From assembly GCF_018977255.1 (NCBI RefSeq), contig NW_024704742.1, forward strand, positions 61,382,001 to 61,446,000: a stretch of 64,000 nt of DNA, given 5' to 3'. The position numbers were made by a program, and so were the translations under genes. The notes beneath the pieces are model-generated. The model saw only the letters and a list, made by a program, of their open reading frames with translations, was not told where the DNA came from and ran no database searches. Position 1 is the first letter of the stretch. Each line of letters starts with the position of its first letter. Shown here piece by piece: positions 36,375 through 49,099 of the stretch. Source of the DNA: Callorhinchus milii (lineage: Eukaryota).

Positions 36375-36665
36375 TTCAGTCCAGAAAGAATGTAGATTTC
36401 ATATTAAAAGATATGGCCAGCATCCCATAGCACTGCAAAAAATAGAAGGGAGTTTCTATTGGTATCGTGGTCAACAATGCCCCTGGTAAAATTGGTCACT
36501 CACTTCATGGCTGTTTGTGTGACATCGCTGTGTCCAAATTGGCTGCCATATTTTGCCTACAAATGCACACTACACTTTGCAGTACATCCTGCGAAACGCT
36601 TTGAGATATCTCAATAATATAATAGGTAGTATATTCAATGCAAGAATTATCATTAATAATAATTA
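36375..36665 (+). mobile_element. DeuSINE 3' half
   Basis: ATCCCATAGCAC...GGCTGTTTGTG..ATTGGCTGCC...AATGCAAGAATTATCATT. Confidence 0.75.
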
Positions 36666-36769
36666 TCAAATTGTTATATTATTAACAAAGTTACATTTAG
36701 TGCTGGACCCAGAGGGTTTGGACCTAGCTGGGCCAAGATCTAAAAGAATATGTTTTGGCCAAATTAAAA

Positions 36770-37010
36770 AAGAAGGTTTAGCTCTTCCAATGACCGACAA
36801 GTAATTTGTTTGACATTCTTGATGGATATGGGAATTGAACTTGCTTCTTTCCAGTCTTCTGGATGTTCCCCAGACTTCAATGAGCCCCTCAAAATAACCT
36901 TCAGTGTTTTGCAAGCCTCCTTTGCTGTAGCTCTCAAAACTCTAGAGTACAATTTATCCATGCCACAGGGATTTAGCTTTTTCCTGTTTGCCCTCATCTT
37001 CAGTGCCCTT
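36770..37010 (-). mobile_element. Old CR1 ORF2 fragment
   Basis: PCGMDKLYSRVLR...SLKSGEHPEDWKEASSIPI resembles GPDGIHPRVL..SL.TG.VP.DWK.A.V.PI. Confidence 0.8.
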
Positions 37011-37304
37011 TGAATCCCATAAGATTCACAATTCTTTCATGAAAACCTTCTTCCTGTTATAAATTTGGAAGATTTTGTCATCATTATGTTTTGCATCAGC
37101 TGCCATGACACTCTTCACTACCTTCTAATCACTTTATTGCCTTCTTTGGCATTATCTGTAGAAACACTATTTGTGCTTTAATTAAATAAGACAAATTATA
37201 CTTGTATTCACCAGAGCAAAAACAAAGCATGTTATTTTCATTAAGCCTGACAATCTTATTTTCTTTTGGAAGAATTAAACACAAAGTCAATCCAAAATAT
37301 ACAA

Positions 37305-37640
37305 GGATAATAATCCTTGTATTTGATGTAGCACCTTATTAAATAATCAAAACATTTAAAAGTGCTTCACAGTATTAAGCAGTGGTGGCCAAGCTTTTTG
37401 GTTGGATAACTAAATACATTTTTCTTGACTGAATATTTATTGATTCATGGTAAAACCATAAATATTGCTACTCAGTAGTTACTGGAAACAAAATATTGAT
37501 TTAACACAGACTTACCTAAACTAGTGCGAATGTTCAGCAAGTCACTTCTTGCACCCTGTGAGCTACTTTGGCTGACAGGCCATGGTTTTGCCACCATTTG
37601 TATAAAGGTGTAGTCACTGTGTATTTGTAAACCAACAGAT
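37305..37640 (-). mobile_element. DeuSINE 3' tail, split by a MITE
   Basis: ATAATAATCCTTGTATTTG...GTGCTTCACAG | ...GTGTAGTCACTGTGTATTTGTA. Confidence 0.7.
37380..37599. mobile_element. Non-autonomous hAT-type (Charlie-like) MITE
   Basis: TIR-like ends CAGTGGTGGCCAAGC and GGTTTTGCCACCATTT. 8-bp TSD GTATTAAG (37372-37379) and GTATAAAG (37600-37607). A second copy lies at 63245-63429. Confidence 0.7.
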
Positions 37641-37645
37641 GTGAA

Positions 37646-38180
37646 TAACAACAACAATTAAATTACATTTGTATTGCGCCTTTCACATCGGGAGGACGCC
37701 CAAGGTGCTGGACAGAGAGATTTTCAGACCTGAGCTGGGGGTCGGTGTCGGGGAGAGTGGAGGACAGAGGGGAAATAGGGAGATTGAAAGCACAGTCGAA
37801 GAGGAGGGTATTGAGATGGATCTTGAAGATGGCAAGGAAGGGGCGACATGGAGGGACTGCGGGATGGAGTTCCAGAGGATGGGGCCAGAAGGCCCACCCG
37901 CCAGTAGTGGGGCGAGTGAGGCAGGCAACGTGAAGCAGGCCAGAGCCCGCAGAGTGGAGGGAGTGAGCAGGATGGTAGGGGGTTAGGAGGTTGCAGAGGT
38001 AGGGGGGGAGCAAGACCAGGGAGGGCTTTGAAGGTGAGGACCAGGATCTTGAACTGTATCCTCTGTTTGATGGGAAGCCAGTGGAGTTGGGCGAGAATGG
38101 GGGTGATAGGGTCATGGAGCCCAGTGCGGGCGAAGACACGGGCTGCTCTGGATGATCTGCAGCCTACGAAGGGAGGAGTA
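37646..38180 (-). mobile_element. L2 (subfamily B) 3' fragment
   Basis: (CAA)n tail; reverse strand encodes YLCNLLTPYHPAHSLHSAGSGLLHV...RPTTGG and TLLFDCAF. Confidence 0.92.
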
Positions 38181-38771
38181 GTGAATAAACTAGATGAGAA
38201 ATTTTAGTTATTTCCTTTTTGAACTTTTGGAATATATATGAATAGAATGCATCATACACACATATAGCAGCTTTCACGATGGGAGGATGTCTCCGAGCTT
38301 GAGAGAGGTAGCTGAAAAGGAAGTGTAATTTCATAAAATAATAAAATTAAGGTTTAAATTAATTGTCCCATTTTCTGATGAGACTTGTGTCTTTGATGTA
38401 ACCTTATCTTTCTGAAGCATGTTTTATTGTTTTAATAGTCAACAGCATAGAAATATGAAATATTCCACCCTGTTGCATTTTTGCAGTGTGTTATTCTATT
38501 CAGAGTCCCAGAGGATGGGCACATGACCTGCTCCTATGTCTTTGCCGACACAGCTCTAAATCTAGCTTCTCAGAGGTGTTAAAACAGCCTCAAGGTGACT
38601 CTCATATTAATTCCCCCTCTGTGGGGAAGTAGCTGGCTCACATTCGGCACCGTTCCGCTGAACAGAACGTAAGGCCTGAAATTCCATGTATCTCATTTTG
38701 TTTCAAAATTCAAGATTGAGATTATTATCCTTACCTTTGTAACCTTACCTTACAAAGGTAAGGATCCTGTT

Positions 38772-39083
38772 GTCCTGTAGCTCAGTGGTTAGAGCACTCG
38801 CTTTGCAAGCGAGAGACCTGAGTTCAATTCCCGGCAGGGCGAAACCTTGGGTAAGTTTCCTTACTCCACACACCTAATAATAATCCCTCCAAAACAAAAC
38901 AATAATAATTGGTCATTTTTAATCTACGGCTGTTTGTGGGACATTGCTGTGCACAATTGGCTGCCGCGTTCGCCCACAAATATACAGTCAATTCACTTTA
39001 CAGTGTGTTCTGTGAAGCACTTTGGGACGTCCTCCCGACGTGAAAAGCGCTATATCAAATGCAAGGATTATTATTATTATTAT
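38772..39083 (+). mobile_element. tRNA-Ala-headed SINE, short form
   Basis: Near-identical to the other short copies; (ATT)n tail. Confidence 0.95.
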
Positions 39084-39200
39084 TTCACTCACAAACATAT
39101 ACAGTCAATTCATTTTGCAGTACATTCTGTGAAGCGCTTTGAGATGTCTCAATGACGTGATAAGGGGCTATATCAAATGCAAGGATGATTAATATTATTG
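39084..39200 (+). mobile_element. Older SINE 3' fragment directly after the young copy
   Basis: A second ACAGTCAATTCA...GAAGCGCTTTGAGATGTC...CAAATGCAAGGA unit, more diverged. Confidence 0.8.
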
Positions 39201-39459
39201 TGTGGCGTCTTTCAAGTCAGGAGGACGTCTCAAAGGGTTTCACAGGATCTACTGTAAAGTGTAGTGTAAAGCATGGCTTCTGAAATATTTGCCTAAGATT
39301 CACTTTCAGGTGCTGATTTATCTGTTCTCCTTTCCGTGTGTTTTCTAGGTTTAGTAAAGAGAAAGGGACGTAATCTAAAAACGATAATTTCAGACAATAA
39401 ATCATGTTTACCTTAGAATTTCTTGTGTGAATTTGAAGCTCCAAATGCCTATTTTATGA

Positions 39460-39700
39460 AACAACAAACAGCATGTATATATAGCCCTTCATTTTGGAAA
39501 AGATCTTGGAGCACTTCACAATGATGGGGTTAGACCTGCAGAGAAGGGAGAAGGGGAACGGATGAATTGAGCATAGGCAAGGTTAATGAGGTAGGTTTTG
39601 AAGACAGGACGTAAAGATGGATAGAAAGGGGGCAAGATGGAGTGGCAGAGAGAGGGAGTTATAGAGGTTAGGGGTACACTAACTAAAATGTTGGCTACCA
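39460..39700 (-). mobile_element. Old L2 3' fragment
   Basis: ATATAGCCCTTCA tail; AGGTAGGTTTTGAAG (reverse of FKTYL). Confidence 0.6.
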
Positions 39701-41344
39701 ATATTAGCCTACTGGGTGGTGTGGGGGGTGGGGTTGTGGTTGGTGAGCAAAAGAGTGAGATAGGAGAAGAAACATTAAGAAAAGTTAAGAAGCAATCCCT
39801 TTATGCATCTTGTATATTACTTGCACCTCATAACACTTTACTGAGGCAGTCATTTTCATTTGAAACCACAGGGCATATCAGTACAAAAAATTGTATTTGT
39901 TAAAAATACTTTCTCTTTGTGACGTTCTTGTCAGCAAGCTTCAACGTGAAATGCCAAGGTTGTCATTCTCCTAGATAAAATCATGGAAGAGCTTTTTGAT
40001 TGGCATTTTGTCTAACCTTTATTTCTACAACATGATCCTGAAACATTTCTTTTTCCAGAGAATGAATGGCCTGACATGAACAAACCCCAATGGATCAGAT
40101 GTATTAAGCAATATCAATGTAATGATTCCTCTCCTGAACATGTACTCTGGATATCAATAGTGTCAGTGTCAGTATTGGTTTCTCCCACTCAGTTAAGTGT
40201 GGCAGCATTTTACTGGATAATCACCAACAAATGCAAGAATTTTTTTTGTTGCTTCTATTATTACTCCAAATTCTATGAAGCAAACTATATCCAGGGAGAG
40301 CCGTATATTGCCAAATTTTCGAAACAAAAGCAGCGTTAACAAAATAAACCTTCCTTCACTCTGAACCTTTCTTTCTGGATTATTGTTGCCACCTACACCA
40401 CTTCAAATTTTCTTGAGAATTTTTTATTTGAGGTTTTACTGTTCAACTTGTAATTTCCCCCAACACAACATGCAGATTGCTCCACTAAACCTTTTTTAAT
40501 GTCTCTTCAGATTTGTGTTTAATTGATCCTTTGGATTCAGCTTCCCAAAAGCACTGACTCGGAGGACTATTTCTTTTAGCCCTTTCAGTGGTAATTGATT
40601 GATTTGTATTTGGTTAAATAAGGCATTAGTGAGATATTAATCTTGATTAAAGAACAACAATTTCAGGATTGGGGTGAGCATGTTTTTTGACAATTGCCTA
40701 AAGATAAAACTGAAACACAGTAAGTTAACACCAAAATAATATTTATCTGATTCTCTACAACAGGTTGATCCATTGCCTAAAATATGTAAGCTGGTTTTTG
40801 GCACATTTAAAATGACAGATTTCCAAGTGTTTTTTTAAGACACATAGCAAGCGATTTGAGGTGAAGAGATTCAGTGAGGACTCTTTGGTATGTCCTCTAT
40901 CCAGAGGGCAGAGGTATGGTGGCTGAATGCATGGGCACTGGTGATGGGTTGGAGGGATTGAGGAATGCACAGCAGGTCCTAGGTTACCAAGAAGAGTGGG
41001 CAAACAGGAGATTTGGCTGGGGAAGTTCACAGCGATAGTGAGGGGTTGAGAGCATGTGAACATGTGTGGGTGAGAGGGTTACACAACCATTAATAAACTG
41101 GCATTTATTTATCAATTTTATTCAGGGCATCAGGACTGCTGTTGCTATGGAAAGTGGTAAAATGTCATGTTTATTGAGCAGGGGGTATTGCTTGTGATGT
41201 TCAGGAATTGCTCAGTTGGAGCTATGTTCGAAGAGTTGGGGTTGAGCTTTATTTGACAGCTATCAGGCAGTACATGCTCTTATTGCCCAGCCTGCTCATA
41301 AAACCTGTTCATTCCAATCTACTGCTGTGGAAAGTTAAGAACAC

Positions 41345-41617
41345 CTAATCGAATGTCAGTTCAATATATTCTAATTTACTGCTTCACTGAGCGAGAACAA
41401 GGTGCTTCATCTGTGATAATTAATGCCAAGTCAGTGGAGGGTGGAAATAATAACCAAAGTAAAAGCACCAGGATGAACGTATTTCTCTAAAGCTGAATTG
41501 TTTAGGATTGTTAAGCAATTTATCAAATATCAAGCTGCTTTCTTTCGCACCAAAGTGGTGGACAAGATAATCCAGTTCACACGCAGTAAACTCAGCATCT
41601 CTGCCATAACAAGCCAT
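41345..41617 (-). pseudogene. Possible decayed Myb/SANT-like DNA-binding ORF (Harbinger ORF2-like)
   Basis: MACYGRDAEFTACELDYLV...LIFDKL...W then, after a frameshift, LALIIT....RSVKQ*IRIY*TDIR. This resembles R..F...EL..LV...LF...W..IA..V....R...Q.RKKW.D.K. Confidence 0.4.
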
Positions 41618-42116
41618 AGCCACTATTTAATGGGAAGGGGAAATCTTAGAGGAGAAAGTGGCGCAGTGTATGCTGTCAGTTTTCATCTGAAAAAGATATA
41701 AAGGAGTCGATAATTAAGGACTAGTTTAAGATGCACTTATTACCACTATGATAATTATCACATTATGTGGTGTATGTTTATACCCTGCATATGCCAAACA
41801 CACCTCCAGGATTATTACTGTATTACTGAAGTGTCACCTCTACTGAATACCAGCAGATCTGAATGTACAATGGAGAGAGAGTCAGAGTAGATGTTCCTTC
41901 AGCTTGTTCCAATATTTTATTAAATCCTCTCTGATCTGTGACTTAAATTCCCTGCCCTGTCACCATATTCGTTGGCACTTCTACCTATCGCATATTCATT
42001 CACCTCACTTACTTTTTTCAATTGATCTGTCATCTACATTTTTTTGCTGCAGTGAATTCTACATTTCGAGAGCTAGGGGTCAATGGGCTGGCCTTGCAGA
42101 TGAAACAAAAGAGCAA

Positions 42117-42477
42117 ACAATAATAATAATAATCTGTGCATTTGATTTAGCATCTTATCATATGTTGAGATGTCTCAAAGCACTTCACAGAATATACTGT
42201 AAAGTGAATTGACTATATTTTGTGGCGAAATGCGGCAGCCAATTGTGCACAGCAGGGCCCCACAAACAGTCATGGAAAGTTTTTTAAATTAATTGTTTGA
42301 AGGGATTATTACCCCCAGAAAACAATTTGCCAATCGAATAACAACTGGGTTCCTACTTCTGCTAGGTAAACAGAGGCATGTAGAATAAGGAAATAGCCCA
42401 AGATTGTACCTGGGAATCAAACCCAGGTCCTCTAGCTTGCAAGGTGAGTGCTCTAACCAATGCGCTACAGGACTCCA
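42117..42477 (-). mobile_element. tRNA-Ala-headed SINE, long form
   Basis: Includes CTGCTAGGTAAACAGAGG (the internal block); head TGCGCTACAGGACTCCA. Confidence 0.88.
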
Positions 42478-45139
42478 TTTATGGTCGATTGTGAGAATAA
42501 TTTATATTCTGAAGATTTTCACTCTTACGAAGGTCAAATGAGTCCATCCGTAATATGTCCACAAGGATAAATTGATAGTTTCACCAATAGATTGATGGCT
42601 TCCCAAACAGATCTATATCAAACAGATTGTAATATTCAAAAAAAATAATGTCTCGTTAGGAAAATGACAGCTACATGTTAAGCAAGCTTGTGTTCAAGTA
42701 GCGAGCACCATTGAGGAGTTGGCTTTCAACTCATGAACATTCAAGACAACGTCTGAGCAAACAAACTGGTAGTTCTAAAAATGTGCGCTGATGTTTTACT
42801 TCACATAAACCATCTAAATAATCTCTCACTCTGCTTCTCCTGGCATTATTTAATATTTCTCCACTTTGAGTATCTATGTAATTCCCTTCAAAGTAATTTA
42901 TAGACTCTGCTTCAACTACAGTTTGCAGTAGAGAATTAATTATTCCATCTATGCTCTTTTTATTTCCTTAAACTTTCCCTTTAATTAATTTTATGACTCT
43001 CTTTAATGTGTGTCATTTCTGATTGACTTGTCACCCATGGAAATAATTTAGTGACTTTGTGCATTGTGTTATTACCACGAATAATCATTTTACTCGCAAG
43101 AAGTTGAAACTCTTTGGTGGGCTGGTACCATTTGTTGTAAGCACCTAAAATCTTAATTTGTTTTTTTCTTCCAAAATTGATTGTTATCTTTACAAGCATT
43201 CTGTGGCTTTAAGATATATTGCTAACATTGGCCATCACATTTCTTAGAGTAGAATAATCAAAATGAAACAGCTTTTAAACAATGCACCTTTTCACCATAA
43301 TAGAACACCTTCTAAGTGTAATGTCAGCAAATTACATCTGGAGAAAATCTTCAATCTTCACCCTATTTTCTGGTAGTTATAATATAAAAGAGTACGTGAG
43401 GATTGGGGATATATTTTTCTTTGCCTCCTAAGGTTTATACACATTCACATGCTGTAGTGTAGAAAATAAAATGGGGTGAAAATCCAATGTTTTATAATAT
43501 TTTCGATATGCTAGTTATTCTTGTAATGAAACATCGCATTTTTCATCCCAGAGTAATAGATTTGTACAGTGCTCTCAGTCTAAGTACCTTATGCCCTTAA
43601 AGTACATTATGCTCTTGATTAAAATTAATAGCAACGAATGCAATTCTGCACAAGTGACATAGTCACCACACATTACAGTAAATCCTGGGAGACAATTTGA
43701 GACATCCTCTTGATGTGAAAGGTTTCAATATTAACAACAACAAAACTTGCATTTATATAGCGACTCTCACACATAGTTTCCAAGAGAGCTTGCTCTGGGA
43801 GGCTCAGCTATCAGCAAGGGTTATTATTATTATAATAAAATAAAACAAAATTAGGTCAACTAATGCTGTGCAGTAAGTAATTATGATGCCTTCATAATAT
43901 TATTATAGTTTCATATACTTAACATTTTATTAACACATTGCACATGGCAACATTAAGCAGCACAGACAGTTGGAAAGACCAGTCCAGCTGTTATGGTAGT
44001 ACCAGCATATTTATGGCAGCAGTGAAGCACACGTTACATTTTCCTTGACTTAACAATAATTCAGCAGCCCAGAGAATAGAGCAGTCTGGCCTTCAATTGA
44101 ACCCTGTTTACACTTGGAATTTGATGAAGATCCTGGAAGGTCTTTTGCTTTATTTAGCCGTGTCCTGAATGTCATTCGTGATCAGTAATGTGCAAACAAA
44201 TTTGCTGGAAAATACATGTCCACAGAGCTTTAAGGCGCCTTGCTTACAAGCCGTACAGAAGTCTATGCCTTGAATGCCTATATAGCCAGCACCTTGAAAC
44301 CCATGTGCTAACTGATAATACTTTGCTCTGCTTATTAAGAGTACAGAAATCTGATTTCCCATTTTCTTGTAGCTCAGAACCTAAATTGTAAAAGAGGAAC
44401 CCGTATAAGCATAATAAAGATCACAATGAATTGAACCATGCTCTCTATTATGGTACCTGGTGTCCTTGACTCTTACCCATCAATCCACTTCCTGAGAGTT
44501 CTGACTTAATACAGGATTTTAATATGGATTTCAGCATGTTATATACTTCAGAACTCTGTGATTTATTTGTTATGATCTAAGACATCTCCAATGACTTTTG
44601 ACGGTGTGAAATGAATCAAACTGTGTTCTTCTGTAGAAATTACCATCTTATAGACTTCCACGAAATTTACATTCATGGTTATCAAGTTTGGTTTCAAATC
44701 ACTTTATCTCTCTAGCTGTTGCTGTTCATCTCCCGATTCCTTTTTCATCAACTCAGGACACATTTCTACCTCCAAATCTGATCCTACTGTACATTAGTGA
44801 AACTTCCACTCATTATTCAACCCTAATCAATCTTTTGGTGATGATTCCACTCTACTTTCATCAAGTTATTTCAAATTGCATCCAGCTCACACATACAATC
44901 TTTGATCCTCTTGCTGTGCAAGTTACTAACTCTGTCTTCTCTGTGCCCTTCAATCGTGCAATGGGAATATATATTTCTCCAAAACAAAGGTTCTTCAAGT
45001 CCTTTGCATTTCTAGCAGGTCCTTTCTCATGTATTTCATGGCTGGACCCTGAGTCCTGCTTCATCTTAGTGATTTGATTTGGTTTTAATAATGAATGGAG
45101 TTGTTAAGCTAGATAGGCGGGGGTGACTGGTAGAAGCAC

Positions 45140-45300
45140 TTAAAATGAAGGGACATCATCTTAAAATTAGAACTAATTCTTTGTGCAATGGTTCTTGAAA
45201 ATGTACAGTGCATTTCCACAGAAGGCTACAGTAGATGAAGAATTGATCTGGAAGCTTAAAAAGGATGAGAGATATTTAGAAAGTATGGGTATGGAGAACA
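45140..45300 (+). mobile_element. Old CR1 3' fragment
   Basis: GGGACATCATCTTAAAATTAG...CCACAGAAGGCT...GATATTTAG..GGGTATGGAGA. Confidence 0.5.
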
Positions 45301-45659
45301 AGCAGATTAAATCGTTTAATGTGGGAATAAAATAAAACTACTGCACAATCTTTATTGGCTGTTTTTACACTGTAAGTCAATAGAAAGCACAAATGGTATT
45401 GACTGATGTGGTTGCATCATGTCTAAGGTGACAGCAGAGGTACAGTTGAGTTAAAAGACATTCCCTAAACCCATTTTTCACCTGAATTCCAGACTTTTGG
45501 AATTAGTTGCAAATCAACCAACTAGTTTGAAAAGCAGCTAAGGAATAGAAAGCAGGTCAGGATGATATGCAGGAAAATCTCTGCCTGAAACAACCACTAA
45601 CGGAATACTGGATAGGTCTATTCTGTGTTCAGATTCTTTGATAATGACTTGAAGCAGAG

Positions 45660-45950
45660 TAGTTTTGGTGATATTATAACTCTTGCTGATGTGACTATAT
45701 GAGAACAGGAATAATATAAACATTTTAAAAGATCTGTATCAACGGGCCAAACTGTAAACATGTGGCAGAAGAACTATAAAGTGGTTAAATGTAAGGAAAT
45801 GCATATTTGAACCATACCCACATATACAAGATAAAGTGCAGTCGATTAGCAGTGCAGGAGGAGGAAAATATTGGTGTAATTATTGATTAGTCAGTTACCA
45901 AGAAAACAAATCAAATGTTAAGATATATTCCAAAGGCATCTGGAACACTG
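45660..45950 (+). mobile_element. Old CR1 RT C-terminal fragment
   Basis: Degenerate ADD...KDL...TWQ..Y...KCKEMHI segment. Confidence 0.5.
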
Positions 45951-46599
45951 AGAGGGTAGCATGAACATGCTTGTGGTTGGACTCGCCCAGTTAAGACAAT
46001 TTTTTTTTACTCTTTATATGATTGCTCCATGAACATAACATGCCTAAAAGAGTCATGTGGGGTGGAACAATGCAACATTTCATGATAGATTTAACATGAT
46101 ATCACCTGAAACCTGATATGAAACATCACATTTTCAGTACCTTATATATGCAAATGCAATAGTGACTTTTGTCCAATTCAACATGAAGAGGAACATCAGC
46201 AAGTGTCAGGGAAGTGATATTCTAGAATAAACCAGAGAACTCAGTTGACATCTCATCAAAAATCATCCCATGTAAAGATATTTTTATGACTTATCAAAAT
46301 GACAATAAAGTATTGATTTATTTTTTCTCCCTAAATTTGTTTCTAAACATTGCTTTGTGGTTTATTTCATATTAATAATATGTTGTACTGAATAATGATA
46401 CGGTTTATCTTGTATGGAGTTACTGGCACAGTGTCTAAAATATAAAAATATAAAAAAAAAGAATGCATATTATTCAGTGTATAATTTGCCCATTTTGATT
46501 TCTTGTATCATAAAAAAAATTGAAAACAGCATCTGAATATATTTCTGTAACTGATGTTTAGATCATCATGCTTTACAACCAGCAACCCTTCTATCCCAC

Positions 46600-46745
46600 A
46601 GGTTCAGGGAGCCAGTGGAGCCTGAGATGGAAAGAGGTGATGGCACATACATACTGGGGAAGAGCTAAGGTACAGTTTCTGGATGCGCCAAGGCTTCTGG
46701 AGGGTCAAGTTAAGAAGACCAATGAGGAGAGTGCTTGAAAATCAA
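46600..46745 (-). mobile_element. Old L2 fragment
   Basis: GGGAGCCAGTGGAG (reverse of LHWLP). Confidence 0.55.
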
Positions 46746-46749
46746 GTAC

Positions 46750-47163
46750 TCAGCCTGGCTCAATTGGTAGCACTTTTGACTCTGAGTCAGAAGGTTGTAG
46801 GTTCAAGCCCCACATCAGGACTTGGAACTAAGAAAGTCTACGATAATACTCCAATGAGGTGCTGTGGGTGTGCTGCAATTTTGGAGGTGCCGTCCTTTAG
46901 ATGAGATGTTAAACCAAGGCCCAACTCCTGTTCAGATGGATACTATAGCACTATTCAAAAAGAAAAGGGAGTTTCTCCCAGTGTTCTGGCAAAGAATCCC
47001 TCAAATAAAATTGTTAATTCACTTCATGGCTGTTTGTGGGACATTGCTGTGTGCAATCACAGAACACACAATTATTACACTTCACAGTATTTCCTGTGAA
47101 GCACCTGTGGACATCCTTGCGACATGAAAGGCATGATACCAAATGTAAGGATTGTCATTATTA
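46750..47163 (+). mobile_element. DeuSINE (SacSINE1-like), best full-length copy in the window
   Basis: AGCCTGGCTCAATTGGTAGCAC..TCTGAGTCAGAAGGTTGTAGGTTCAAGCCCCAC; Deu domain GGAGGTGCCGTCCTTTAGATGAGATGTTAAACC; tail AAATGTAAGGATT. Confidence 0.88.
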
Positions 47164-47724
47164 TCAAGTTTGATGTATGTTTTTGTGTGTATAAATGAGT
47201 ACGAAGATTGAATGACAGTTTTTGGGTACACTTAGGTGAAGTAGAATATTCCACAGATGTAGAAAATTGGTCAAGGACCAGATATAGAGCTTGAAGGAGA
47301 GTTTGAATAAAATATCAAGATTACATTTTCTACATCCATCACATTCTAACAACAACAACAACAGCTTTGTTTTGCATTGCAACTCTTCAGCAGGAGAGCA
47401 TCTTGGAGTACTGCACAGTGGTAGGGCTGGACGCTCAGCGAAATGCTTTATAGAGCATTTCATTGTATCTATAAATTCTGATTCTTATCACCCTCAATCC
47501 CATTTCTACTCAATGATTTAGCCAACTAGTTTTTAGGAGAGGTCACGCAATTCAGCATTTGCTGTTTTATCTTTGAGTCTGTTCCACATACGCATAATTT
47601 TATACAAAAAAACCTTCACTCTCAAACTTTGTTCAAGTCTTTTTCATTTTATATTCATGTTCTTTAATCTGTGCTTCTAGCTCCAGTTAAATAAGTTGCC
47701 TTTGTTCACTGATTATATGGTTGA

Positions 47725-47995
47725 GTACAATTTAAATTTATATAGCACTTTTCACTTTGGGAGGACATCTTAAAGCATTTAACAGTGCTGATAGACACCT
47801 AAATTGGGCCTAGGAGCTGAGCAAGGTGGAGAGGGGAAAGAAGACTGAAAGTATGGTTGAGGATGTATGTTTTGAGACGTGCCTTGAATGAGGGGAGGAA
47901 GTGAGTTGGAAGGACTCTGATCTGGAACTCCAGAGAGCGGGGCATAATAGTTGGAAGCTGGCCGTCGATGGTGGGGCAGATAGGGTGGGGCAGTA
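47725..47995 (-). mobile_element. L2 3' end fragment
   Basis: Reverse strand encodes CPTIDGQL...FKARLKTYILNHTF; L2 tail present. Confidence 0.8.
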
Positions 47996-49099
47996 TTTGC
48001 TGAGCGATTAAACCATACTTTAAGGAAAGCATAATATAAAGAGATTCAAAATAAATTCAAGTAAAATAAAAAATTTGCAGAAAAAAAGGAAAAAATGAAG
48101 CAAAATCAAGGACAGAACATGAAGTGATGGAAAGGGAAAGCACATAAAAAGAAAGTGTCTGCAAAGTAGAGAAATTGAGTGGAGAGATACAAGTAGAGAT
48201 GGAAGAAAATGGAATGATAAATTGGACAATATTTTGCAGAATAAATTGTATAGCAATTATAAAAATCATCTGAAGAACAGAGTCATAATATAATGAACAG
48301 AAAGAAACATATAAGACAGTAATAGTAGCCAGGATTTCTAAGAAAAAAGTATTAAAAGGGTATTCATGTCCTGACCAATGCCCAAACACTCATTTATACA
48401 CATTTCTCAATATGCACACAGGAAGCTTTAAATGTAATGTGCAAACATCCAGAGAAATATATAGTCACTAATATAATATTGGTCAGTCACTGATAATAAT
48501 TGTAATCTGAGCATGGAAAGGGAGGCTTCAATATCTACCATAGATTATTCATATGCAACAGAATGGGGTGGGGATGGGGTTAATTTCTGGGTTGGGTTAA
48601 CAATCCATATGCAAAATGTTCAGATTGAGTTAAGCAAATCCAAGGATACTGAGTGCAATACATATGTACTGAGCAAATTAAATGCATCCTTAATTATATA
48701 ATTAACCAGCAATGAAAAGGATTTTATGCACTCTATAAACCTTTATATTCACTGTTAAATGCATATGTAAAGCACTTTGCACAAAGTTGACCCAAATTGC
48801 AAAATTGGCTGTTAATCCAATCTACAAATTACCCACTACACTGTTCCAATATTTGTGTAAAGTGCTTTTTGTCAGAAATAAAAATATAAAATGAATTAGC
48901 AATTTAGTTTTAATCTGAATTCTAGTTTCAATTAGTTCAGAGTAAATTTCAATCTAAATTGTCCAATTTCACCCATTTACTTAGGTCAGCTTTGATTTAT
49001 TTATTGATTGATTATAACAATCCTTGCATTTTAATACAACATCTTGTCATATCATCAAGATGTCTCAAAGTGCTTACAGAATACACTCTGAACCCATGC

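Noticed and set aside
40059..40339. Acceptor-like TTTTTCCAG followed by an open frame
   Set aside because: No clear donor, no recognisable peptide, and composition typical of non-coding DNA.
48020..48389. Phe/Leu-rich hydrophobic ORFs on the minus strand
   Set aside because: They are by-products of an A/purine-rich low-complexity stretch with no domain signature.
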